DNA of 64,000 nucleotides from Candidatus Poribacteria bacterium (GTDB taxonomy: Bacteria; Poribacteria; WGA-4E; PCPOR2b), in assembly GCA_965116925.1 (NCBI GenBank), contig OZ220744.1, forward strand, positions 4,512,001 to 4,576,000. Direction: 5' to 3'. Both the position numbers and the translations under genes were made by a program. Positions 46,743 to 55,360 of the stretch are shown piece after piece; position 1 is the first letter of the stretch; the number at the start of each line of letters is the position of its first letter. Under the pieces are notes generated by a model. That model saw nothing but the letters and a program-made list of their open reading frames with translations, did not search any database and was not told the origin of the DNA.

Positions 46743-48794
46743 CTACTGGACAGAATGAATCGTGGCCGTCACACCTTGTCCCGGGCGTTCCAAGTTACCA
46801 CTGTCGTCGACGGCTCGGCTTAGGATGGTGACGGTTCCCGGCTCTGTCGGCTGCCATTCATAGCTCCATGTCTCACATCCACTTGCTGGGTGCCAACTGA
46901 GGCCATTATCTACGGATACCTCGACCCCGGCGACTTGACCGTCAGTGTCTTGAGCGGTGCCGCGGATGACCAAAGTTTCCGGAGGCAGCGTCGCACCATC
47001 GGTTGGAACGAGGACCGTTGAAGCTGGAGGTTGCACATCGGTGGACGCGCTCGCCGGTGTCAGGTCATCTTGTAGCGTCTGCGGCTGCACATCCATGTCG
47101 GCAAACAGATTGACGGTCGCTTGTTGGATGTTCTTATCGGGACCGTTCAGATCCATACCCACTCGGGTGGAGCTAGAATTTGCACGCTCCGGCGGTATTC
47201 CTGTCTCGGTATCGTGGTGTGCATCCAAGCCCCAAGCCCATTGTATTGTGCCTGCGCCAAAAACCAACGCACCGCGGTGATTTGTAGAGTTACCTGCGCT
47301 ATTTGCAGACTGTTTGGGTGTCTCGCGACGATAGAGCGTCAGGTGATGCGTCGCGGTGCCCGAATCGTAAACTGTCCCGTTGTCCTGAAGGTAGGGAACG
47401 TTGTCGATGGTTGTCTCTGATAGGTGAAATAGACCGGGGGGCCGAAAGCCGTTGTCTATATCTTCATCCCACTCATGACCGAGCAGGCCCTTCAGCAAAA
47501 CGGCACTTTCGCCCGGCTTGAGTTTGGAGATTTCTGTGTTACGCCAGAATCGTAGGGCGGCGTATTTGGCTGGCACAATGAGCGGGTCGTTGCGCCATGC
47601 GTTCACCGTGAAGATGGTGCCGGTTAGGGCGTTTTCGGGCTGCGGTCCCTCCGGATTGAACGGTCGTGGATCACGCCATGTCCCGGTCCACACATCAGCG
47701 ACGGGATCAATTTTGGCGTTATCGTGTGTTTCCTTGTAGGTGACCAGCGTCCGATGCGGCACCTCTTCTCCGTCGATGGAAGTCTCCCATCGGGTTTTCC
47801 AAAATACTTCGTTACCGCTGAAAAAGGCGAGATTCACCCCTACATCGCGCGCTGCCTCGACATGCTGCCTCTGCTCAAGAGACCAGTATTCGTCGTGACC
47901 GACCGACAGAAACAGGCGATGCTTGCGAATCTCCTCACCGCGTCGATCACTATCGACACCGGTGAAGTAGGTGACATCGTAGCCGTTGGCTTCAAGCCAG
48001 CGGACACAAGGATATTCGGCGTTGAAAACCGTATTGACCGCCCGGTAATCGCGTGTCTTGAGCGGGCGGTTGTAACTCACCTTATAGGCACGGGGCGGAA
48101 TACCGATTGACCGTGGGAAACCCGGGTTAACGCGGCCATAGGTGCAGTAACCACCGTAGGGGTTGTAGGCTTGCCAAGTGGTATCGGAAGTTTGGAAGAG
48201 AATGTCGGAGTGACTGTCGTCGTTTCGCACGACGAAATAGATGTGGCTGGCTCGCGGTTCACGCAGGGCATTGGCAAGCCGTCCATGCCCCAACGCGCCG
48301 TAGGCGTGTGGTGAGGCAGTTGGTTTCTCCGTTGGGCCTTCTTGACTGTTGTCCGCCCGCCAACCTATGGGATCTGAGTCCTGTCGTACCAGACGCGCAA
48401 AATAGATTCCCGACGTTGCGTCTGAAGGTGCACCCCAAGATGCTGAGACTGCCCAGTTGCCACAATCGTAGAGGTGAGTGGCTTCGTCTCTTAGACCTTC
48501 CGGTTGATGCTGGGGCAGTTTGACCAATGGCTTGACCGTGTCAACACGACGCGCACCCATCCCACCGTAGTACCCCATTCGATAGATGTCTATCCGGTAG
48601 TCGGTCGAGTCAGTTTTGATCTTGAAGAAGATTGTCTCACCGCGATTGATGCTGATGTCATGACCGAAGCCTTGAATGGTTGGATCGCCCCAACCGTTGA
48701 TGTCCCATTCGGTTGGCGGATCCCCCGGCAGTTGGTTTTCTCGGACGATGTCATTGGCGGTTTGGGCATGATAATCCATCGATTCGAGGCTCAT
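46743..48794 (-). CDS. N,N-dimethylformamidase large-subunit-like protein with C-terminal Ig-like domain
   Basis: YRMGYYGG.GAR, TWQAYN, VSYNRP, GHDEYWS and GVNLAFFSGN motifs. Ig-like tail VEVSVDNG.SW...SRAVDDSGN. Confidence 0.82.
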   Translation of the reverse strand: MSLESMDYHAQTANDIVRENQLPGDPPTEWDINGWGDPTIQGFGHDISINRGETIFFKIKTDSTDYRIDIYRMGYYGGMGARRVDTVKPLVKLPQHQPEGLRDEATHLYDCGNWAVSASWGAPSDATSGIYFARLVRQDSDPIGWRADNSQEGPTEKPTASPHAYGALGHGRLANALREPRASHIYFVVRNDDSHSDILFQTSDTTWQAYNPYGGYCTYGRVNPGFPRSIGIPPRAYKVSYNRPLKTRDYRAVNTVFNAEYPCVRWLEANGYDVTYFTGVDSDRRGEEIRKHRLFLSVGHDEYWSLEQRQHVEAARDVGVNLAFFSGNEVFWKTRWETSIDGEEVPHRTLVTYKETHDNAKIDPVADVWTGTWRDPRPFNPEGPQPENALTGTIFTVNAWRNDPLIVPAKYAALRFWRNTEISKLKPGESAVLLKGLLGHEWDEDIDNGFRPPGLFHLSETTIDNVPYLQDNGTVYDSGTATHHLTLYRRETPKQSANSAGNSTNHRGALVFGAGTIQWAWGLDAHHDTETGIPPERANSSSTRVGMDLNGPDKNIQQATVNLFADMDVQPQTLQDDLTPASASTDVQPPASTVLVPTDGATLPPETLVIRGTAQDTDGQVAGVEVSVDNGLSWHPASGCETWSYEWQPTEPGTVTILSRAVDDSGNLERPGQGVTATIHSVQ

Positions 48795-48859
48795 ATTGCT
48801 TTCCTTCTATTTTTACCCATCTGTGCTGCGTATCGATTCACAATCGCAGGTAAATGCTT

Positions 48860-49771
48860 TTATTGTCCCTGTGCTTCCGCCCAAGCCTTCAATGGAACAT
48901 CGTCCGGATTTTTTGTAATCCAGTATTGAGAGTGAGGTTGAAACTCAGGGGAAGTCCCCAACGGATTGTCCTTCGATGCCAATGCACCGAGTAATTGCTG
49001 TCGTATCGGTGAACTTTTGGCAATCAACTCTGGTGACTGCTCAATGAAGTCCGCCGGACGGAGCCACCGGTAGTGGTAGCCGACGTGCATAATCTTGCGC
49101 GTTTTGTCCGACAGATTCGGTCCGACACAGTGCCAAGTCGCTGTGCGCCACAGGACCGCGGCCCCGGGTTTCAACCTGAGTTCAACTGCCTCGGAGAGAT
49201 CAAGTTTACCTTGCGCTTCGCGCCATTCTTGTAGGGGGCGCAGGTGGCTACCCGGCATCAACCAGAGGTTGCCGGAATTGGACTCACTCAAATCAGAGAA
49301 GACGTAGAACACCTTAATCTCCATAAAGGGCAACCGCCCGTCCAGCGATGGTCCTTCAAAAAGCTCTTTGCCCGACAGATCTGGATGCCAACCGAGATTA
49401 TTGTAGCCAGCTTTCTGGTCGTCTCCGTCACCTACGCCAATAGCACCGGGCTTCAGGTCTTTTGGGTAAGGTGGACGGTAGTCGAGATGCGTGGTTCGGA
49501 TCTGGATATTCCAGCCGATAGCGTCAACAACCAACGGCAGCATTTTGGGGTGGTCAATTAGGTCAAGGAACGCCTCGTGCTGGGCTAACGCATTGCGGAT
49601 GGTGAAAGGGTCATTGGGTCCTCCGCCTTCGGCTTGACGAACCCTAACTTTTACTTCGTCAATGGCTGAAAGCAATCGGTCTAGCTCCTCTTGTGTCAAG
49701 AAATCTTCGAGGATAATATACCCTTTCTCGTCAAAGTCCTTCTCCTGCTGCGGTGTCATTGCTATTGACAT
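48860..49771 (-). CDS. PhyH family Fe/2OG dioxygenase
   Basis: GWHPD, GNLWLMPGSH and TWHCV motifs. Confidence 0.88.
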   Translation of the reverse strand: MSIAMTPQQEKDFDEKGYIILEDFLTQEELDRLLSAIDEVKVRVRQAEGGGPNDPFTIRNALAQHEAFLDLIDHPKMLPLVVDAIGWNIQIRTTHLDYRPPYPKDLKPGAIGVGDGDDQKAGYNNLGWHPDLSGKELFEGPSLDGRLPFMEIKVFYVFSDLSESNSGNLWLMPGSHLRPLQEWREAQGKLDLSEAVELRLKPGAAVLWRTATWHCVGPNLSDKTRKIMHVGYHYRWLRPADFIEQSPELIAKSSPIRQQLLGALASKDNPLGTSPEFQPHSQYWITKNPDDVPLKAWAEAQGQ

Positions 49772-49829
49772 CGGTTTCTCTCCTTTTCATAGATTCGTTC
49801 AATACTACATAACACTCATTTATAGTGTA

Positions 49830-50219
49830 TCAGAAATAGATTAAGCGATAAATCCAGAGTCCTAGAACGAGAGCGATTCCAATTCCCGCAAGGGTATTTC
49901 GGATGGGGGCGGAGATTTGTAGCCAAGTATCTCGAAGCCGGGTCGGAGCGCATGAGATACCAAGAGCTAACGGAACCACAAAAAACACAAACGGATGATA
50001 ACCCCAAGCTGTAGCAAATTTACCTTGTGCAAGGGAAACACAGGCACGGGTCATGCCACAGCCGGGACACGATATATCCGTGATGAGGCGAAATAGACAA
50101 GGCATGAACTTCATCTTGTCGGGCGATATGCTTGACCATGCCGTGTATACAGTGACAAGGGCAAGTCCAATCAGGAAAAATCGTGCAAGATGTATGTGAT
50201 TAAACGTCTTCGCGTGCAT
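49830..50219 (-). CDS. DUF2752 family membrane protein
   Basis: CLFRLITDISCPGCGMTRA motif. Start placed at MHAKTF. Confidence 0.85.
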   Translation of the reverse strand: MHAKTFNHIHLARFFLIGLALVTVYTAWSSISPDKMKFMPCLFRLITDISCPGCGMTRACVSLAQGKFATAWGYHPFVFFVVPLALGISCAPTRLRDTWLQISAPIRNTLAGIGIALVLGLWIYRLIYF

Positions 50220-50583
50220 TGTAGAATTTGTTGATTTCCCACTGCTGGATTGCAAGCGATGCGATGCCAATACCAAAAAACGCGAGCAAGACACAAATCA
50301 CGGCTAAGGAATGATTCACGTGCAGACCGCTGTTCTCCTGAATTTCGTTGATTCCTACAGCCATCTTGTATTCGTAGTAGAGACCAAAAATACCACACGT
50401 CAGGATGCAGAGAAATAGCCAAAGCCAAAAACGATAATCGGTTCTCCCTAACCAGCCGTTGAGCGTTTCCATCTGTTTGTATTGCCAATACAGCGAGTAA
50501 ATCCCGCAGGTCAGAAGGCTAAAGATGATTCCGAAGGCGATACTTCTGACGCCGTCAGCCCTTGGATACGGGTAGTTCCGCAT
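50200..50583 (-). CDS. DUF4234 family membrane protein
   Basis: Duplicated LTCGIY/LTCGIF motif and a C-terminal IQQWEIN. Confidence 0.8.
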   Translation of the reverse strand: MRNYPYPRADGVRSIAFGIIFSLLTCGIYSLYWQYKQMETLNGWLGRTDYRFWLWLFLCILTCGIFGLYYEYKMAVGINEIQENSGLHVNHSLAVICVLLAFFGIGIASLAIQQWEINKFYNAREDV

Positions 50584-50668
50584 GGTAGACCTCCTACCCT
50601 AAAAATTTAAGTGTGATCAGAAACAAAGGACCTAACCCTTGTCAGGGGATAAGCGGTAACACACCCAT

Positions 50669-52342
50669 CTATGACGGTGTCCACGCCCGCGGAGCAATGC
50701 CTTCGACGTGCGTTTTTACATCGACAACCACTGGCCTTTCCGCGGAGAAAGCCTGATCCAGTGCACTCGACAGTTCGCTCGGTTTATTGACTGTGATGCC
50801 GAGACAGCCCATCGATTCGGCAATTTTTGCGAAATCGGCGTCAGGGAACAGCCAGAGTTCATCGGAGCCTTTGGTCCGTCCGCCGTAGACAGATTCAACG
50901 CCGCCCTGCTCTTGATTCAGGGAATGATTGTTGTTGACCAGAATGACGGCATTAATTTCGGATTTCACGGCGGTTTCCAAATCTCCCAAGTGATACCAGA
51001 TGCCACCATCGCCGGTGAAGCAGAGTACGGGTCTATCCGGTTGAGCACATTTGGCACCCATCGCCGCAGGCAACCCCCAGCCGAGCGAACCGGAGCAGCG
51101 AATGAATATCTGATCGGGATGTTTGAGATCGAGCATCGTGCCGGTCCAGACTCCCGAATGCCCTGTGTCGGAGACCAGAATTGCATCAGATGGCAGCAGG
51201 TCGGTCAGTTCTTTGCAGAGGCGTTCCGGTCGCATCGGCACGATCTCCGAGTTTGCCATATCGCTGACGCTCTCTTTCCAGTTCCGAACCAGTTCTTGGA
51301 CTCGGTTGATCCATTCTGTCCGCGGTTCAGCGGTTTCCGCACCATCAATCATGCGGCGCAGCGAGTTTCTGATATCGCCCTGCATCCCCAACTGAATCGA
51401 GTAGTTGCGGCCCAGTTCCTCTGGATTGATATCGAGTTGGATGACCGGCGTTCCTTGCGGCGGGATGCTGTATCCGTTGGTCACCTGCCCGCCGGTATGG
51501 CTCCCAATGAAGAACACCAAATCCGCCTCACAGACCGCTTGGTTCGCACAATCTCGCGAGTATGAGCCGGGGACGCCGACCGCTAACGGATGGTCGTAGG
51601 GGAACATCGCCTTCGCGTTGAGAGCGGTGGCAACCGGTATGGAGAGTTTCTCCGCAAGCGCGATAAGTTCGGCACGCGCTCCTGAAGCGGTCACACCGCC
51701 ACCGGCAACGATGATGGGACGTTTGGCGTTGGCGAGCAGTTGGAGTGCTTCTGTTACTACCTCGATCTCCGCTTCGGGTCGGAAAGGCGGCAGTTGGGTA
51801 AAGGGTCCTTCGATAATAACTTCCAGATCCGCCTCGCGTTCTACGACTGCTTGACCGGCGAGACCTTCGAGATCCAGATGTACGGGTCCCGGGGTGCCGG
51901 ATGTGGCGGAACGGAAGGCTTGACGCAGGTAGATCGGGAGTTGTTCCGGCGTAGCGACAAATGCGCTATATTTGGTCACCGCTGAAAACGGGTTGATGTG
52001 ATCTACTTCCTGATACGCGTGGCGTTGTTGGTTGATTTGACTCTCCCGACCGGTGATAGCGATGACCGGGGAGCAAGCGAGGTAGGCATCTTGTAGTCCA
52101 GCGGCGAGATTAACCGCACCCACCGACTGCGCCATACAGAGGCTTGGTGCGCGTTTGACACGAGCGTAGGCATCTGCCATATATGCGGCGCCTTTTTCCC
52201 CGTGGGTTTGGACGCGCTTTATCCCCAGTTTTTCCATCTCCATCAACGCCCTCGGTGCGATGTAGGGCATAAAAAAGACGTGGGTAATTCCGTAACCGTG
52301 GACTGTATCTGCGATGAATTTACTTCCTGTCATTTGAGGCAT
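50669..52342 (-). CDS. Thiamine diphosphate-binding protein (acetolactate synthase-like)
   Basis: GE..AAYMADAYAR, PGPVHL, GSLGWGLPAAMGA and the GDGG...NN ThDP motif. Confidence 0.92.
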   Translation of the reverse strand: MPQMTGSKFIADTVHGYGITHVFFMPYIAPRALMEMEKLGIKRVQTHGEKGAAYMADAYARVKRAPSLCMAQSVGAVNLAAGLQDAYLACSPVIAITGRESQINQQRHAYQEVDHINPFSAVTKYSAFVATPEQLPIYLRQAFRSATSGTPGPVHLDLEGLAGQAVVEREADLEVIIEGPFTQLPPFRPEAEIEVVTEALQLLANAKRPIIVAGGGVTASGARAELIALAEKLSIPVATALNAKAMFPYDHPLAVGVPGSYSRDCANQAVCEADLVFFIGSHTGGQVTNGYSIPPQGTPVIQLDINPEELGRNYSIQLGMQGDIRNSLRRMIDGAETAEPRTEWINRVQELVRNWKESVSDMANSEIVPMRPERLCKELTDLLPSDAILVSDTGHSGVWTGTMLDLKHPDQIFIRCSGSLGWGLPAAMGAKCAQPDRPVLCFTGDGGIWYHLGDLETAVKSEINAVILVNNNHSLNQEQGGVESVYGGRTKGSDELWLFPDADFAKIAESMGCLGITVNKPSELSSALDQAFSAERPVVVDVKTHVEGIAPRAWTPS

Positions 52343-52370
52343 ACTGTTTTCTCCTATGGGAACGATTTTG

Positions 52371-52459
52371 GCTCATGTAAAAACGAGGTGCAATACACGA
52401 AGAGAAACCGAGTTTTGAAGAAAAAACTCGGTTTCTTTGTACTAAATCTTAACATGAGC
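52371..52459. mobile_element. MITE-like element (GCTCATGT family) carrying the AGAAACCGAG palindrome
   Basis: Left 32 bp match 40024 at 28/32 and the right arm differs by one base. Cargo at 52403-52436. Confidence 0.75.
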
Positions 52460-52465
52460 GTTTTT

Positions 52466-53254
52466 CTACAGTTTTCTTGGGGTGCCACCATCGATATTTA
52501 TGATTTCGCCCGTTATGAATCGGGAATCATCGGAAACAAGGAAAAGTACTAAATTTGCTACATCTTCGGGATAGCCCGGACCGTCTAGTATCTGGGACAG
52601 ATCGAAGATCGGCTTGAAATAGTGATGTTCTCTGCCGCCGGTCGCCCCCGGGGTAAGGATTTGGCCGGGGCGCACGCAGTTGACTCGAATATTATGCTGT
52701 CCGCCCGTACTTGATGTGTACCGTGTAAAAGCCTCGACACCCGCTTTTGCCACGTAATATGAGGACGACGGCGTTCTGCCGGTTATATCATACATGTTTT
52801 TACTAAATCCGATGACAGCGGCAATGGAGGAGTTATTGACTATAGCACCGCCGCCTGCCTCTACCATGTGGGGCCAGACCGCTCGCGACATGTAGAAGGT
52901 GCCTGACAAGTTGACGTTAATTACCCGATCCCACCCCTCATCTCCTTCGTTGGGGAAGTTTTCTCCGGCTCCGCCGCCCGCGTTGTTAAAGAGGATATTA
53001 ATCGTACCGTATTTTGAGACCGCCGCTTCGACAGCCAAATCAACAGCACTACTATCTGAGACATCGCAAGAGATGAATGTCGCTTCGCCTCCCTCGCTAT
53101 TTATAGCCTCCTGAACTTGAGCCCCCTCCTCTACCCTTCTTGCCATGATGGCGACTTTCGCGCCTTCTTGGGCGAAGAGGTGGGCGGTCGCTTTACCGAT
53201 CCCGCTGTTTCCGCCTGTGACAACTGCAACTTTACCTTCTAGCCTTCCTGACAT
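52466..53254 (-). CDS. Short-chain dehydrogenase/reductase
   Basis: TGGNSGIG, NNAG, YYVAK and IRVNCVRPG motifs. Start placed at MSGRLEGK. Confidence 0.92.
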   Translation of the reverse strand: MSGRLEGKVAVVTGGNSGIGKATAHLFAQEGAKVAIMARRVEEGAQVQEAINSEGGEATFISCDVSDSSAVDLAVEAAVSKYGTINILFNNAGGGAGENFPNEGDEGWDRVINVNLSGTFYMSRAVWPHMVEAGGGAIVNNSSIAAVIGFSKNMYDITGRTPSSSYYVAKAGVEAFTRYTSSTGGQHNIRVNCVRPGQILTPGATGGREHHYFKPIFDLSQILDGPGYPEDVANLVLFLVSDDSRFITGEIINIDGGTPRKL

Positions 53255-53313
53255 GATTTTTCTCCTTTGCACACATCCACAGTTTATCTGTTTATAGTAG
53301 ATTTTAGAATTAA

Positions 53314-53496
53314 TGGGACACACCAAATCGGCGCAGTTAGAAACAGCGCCTACCAAACATGGGGAGCGAATCTGTTTTGGGACACACCAAATCGGCGCAG
53401 TTAGAAACAGCGCCTACCAAACATGGGGAGCGAATCTGTTTTGGGACACGTCAAATCGGCGCAGTTAGAAACAGCGCCTCAAACATGGGGAGCGAA
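53314..53496. repeat. Three tandem 64-bp units, each containing a GTAG-type REP-like palindrome (BIME-like)
   Basis: Units start at 53314, 53378 and 53442. The minus strand reads GTAGGCGCTGTTTCTAACTGCGCC, and the third unit has lost its GTAG. Confidence 0.88.
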
Positions 53497-53534
53497 AGTG
53501 TTTATTTATTTTTTGAATTCACTCTAACATTGCC

Positions 53535-53912
53535 TTAGTCTTCATATTCGACAACGACATCGTCGCCTTGGATCTTAACTGGGTAGGTTTTGGCTCGTAT
53601 CTCTGGATCTACCAAACAACGTCCGGTCGCAATATCGAACGCCCACTGGTGCCATGGACAGCGCAGCACCTCGCCTAAGCCGTCAACGGAGATTGTAGAG
53701 CCACGGGTAGAGGCGGGTGCATCGGTACTAACCCGACCGCTGAGTTCGCCGGTGCAGAGGGGACCGTTCTTGTGGGGACAGATGTTGCGTACGGCGTAGA
53801 ATGATCCGTTGACGTTAAAGACGCCAATACCAGCTCTGCCCCGGAACGGTACGACGATTTTGCGTTCGCCCGGTGGGATGTCCGCCACTTTACCGATAAC
53901 AACGCTTGCCAT
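53535..53912 (-). CDS. Rieske (2Fe-2S) ferredoxin
   Basis: CPH...CPWH ligand motifs. Confidence 0.92.
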   Translation of the reverse strand: MASVVIGKVADIPPGERKIVVPFRGRAGIGVFNVNGSFYAVRNICPHKNGPLCTGELSGRVSTDAPASTRGSTISVDGLGEVLRCPWHQWAFDIATGRCLVDPEIRAKTYPVKIQGDDVVVEYED

Positions 53913-53914
53913 GA

Positions 53915-55081
53915 TTAATTCCCTGTGTCTATCCGGAGCATATCGAGCGCATTACCGGCAAAGATTCGGTGGTGCAGGTCTTCATCGAGCTTGGGGAAGG
54001 TCGTTACCGGATCGTTCCAGTCGAAGTGCGGGAAGTCTGAGCAGAAGATTAGCGTTTCGTCTGCGTGCAGCATCTCCAACATCTGGTACATCTGCTCCGG
54101 TTTCTCCGGCTCGTGCATCGGTTGTGAACCGATTCGGATGTGCTCTCGGAAATACTCGCTCGGCAGTCGCTTGAGCCACGGGGTCTGGTCGCGCAGTGCT
54201 TTCCAGTCGGTGTCGAGATGCCACATTACAGAAACCGCCCAGAGCTGCTGCACTTCGATGAGGGCAAATTTAAAGTCTGGGAACTTCTCGAACACACCTT
54301 CGCAGATCAGAGATGTCGCATGTGCGCTAGCGACGGTAGGTCGGCTCATCCGCGATTCCATATAGTAAGTGGGATAGCCAACTGGGGTTGGGATGGTCCT
54401 CGCTGCGCCACCGCCTCCACCGATATGGGAAACCACCGGCAGTCCGTGCTGTTCGCACGCCTCCCAGATGGGATGATAGAAGCGATTGCCGAAGGGCATA
54501 CTTGTCCCCATCGGCACCATGACGGCAACGGTGTCCTTGCGGTCAGCCAGTCGATTGATTTCTTCGACTGCTTGGGGCGGGTCTGAAGGCGAAACGAGGA
54601 TGGCGTTGACGATACGCTCGTCGCGGTCGAGCCAATGTTCGATCGTCCAATCGTTGAACGCCGTGCACAGTGCGGCAGCCCAATCTGGATCAGGCAGTCC
54701 CGAATATCCGTAAAACACCGGGGGGCCGGTCAGGAGCCCGTAGTCGATATTCCAAGGATCCAGGTGTGTTTCTTGCAAGAATTCCAGCGTGAAATTGAAA
54801 TCGCGTGGATCGCCGCCGGTATTTTTTTTTGCCGGAACATCTTTGGTCTTCATGCGACCTTTCAGGTCTGTGCGGTTGGTCCGAATTGGGATGTTGGGAT
54901 ACCCACCCAGATGCAAACCTTGGTCTAGCAGATGCTCCTGATAGAATGTTGACAGATATGGTAGTAATTGTTCGGGGTTGCGAAAGTTGTGGTGGACATC
55001 GCAATCGACGATTGCGACGCCATTCTTGGGCTTGCCGGTCCAGCCCGGCGCAGTAATCGGTGTGGCTCCTATTTGGCTCAT
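53915..55081 (-). CDS. Amidohydrolase_2 family protein (candidate dinuclear oxygenase)
   Basis: DCDVH, GVFEKFP.....IE, PSEYFREH and SDFPHFD motifs. It ends 2 bp upstream of the Rieske gene. Confidence 0.85.
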   Translation of the reverse strand: MSQIGATPITAPGWTGKPKNGVAIVDCDVHHNFRNPEQLLPYLSTFYQEHLLDQGLHLGGYPNIPIRTNRTDLKGRMKTKDVPAKKNTGGDPRDFNFTLEFLQETHLDPWNIDYGLLTGPPVFYGYSGLPDPDWAAALCTAFNDWTIEHWLDRDERIVNAILVSPSDPPQAVEEINRLADRKDTVAVMVPMGTSMPFGNRFYHPIWEACEQHGLPVVSHIGGGGGAARTIPTPVGYPTYYMESRMSRPTVASAHATSLICEGVFEKFPDFKFALIEVQQLWAVSVMWHLDTDWKALRDQTPWLKRLPSEYFREHIRIGSQPMHEPEKPEQMYQMLEMLHADETLIFCSDFPHFDWNDPVTTFPKLDEDLHHRIFAGNALDMLRIDTGN

Positions 55082-55203
55082 ATAAATACCTCCTGACTCT
55101 TGAACTCCGCCTGACAAATCCTAATAATTTCGTTATAAGATACCATAGATAGGTGGGTAGATCAACAATTTATTTTTACGCGTTAGGGGTATTTAGCTCT
55201 TCT

Positions 55204-55228
55204 GTAGGAGGGATTTCCAAATCCCGAC
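55204..55228 (+). repeat. GTAG-type REP-like palindrome
   Basis: gtaggagggatttccaaatcccgac. Confidence 0.55.
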
Positions 55229-55360
55229 CCAGACGGGGAGAAAACCGAAGACTAAATGACCCTATAAAGTAGGTGCGATATTTGACATCAGGGGTAGATT
55301 TCAGGTAGAATAACGGTGGTATTTATACGACAATTTCCCCTCGCCGCAGATAAAGAAGAT

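Noticed and set aside
53314..53496. Possible CRISPR array
   Set aside because: The units repeat in full with no unique spacers, and no cas genes are nearby.
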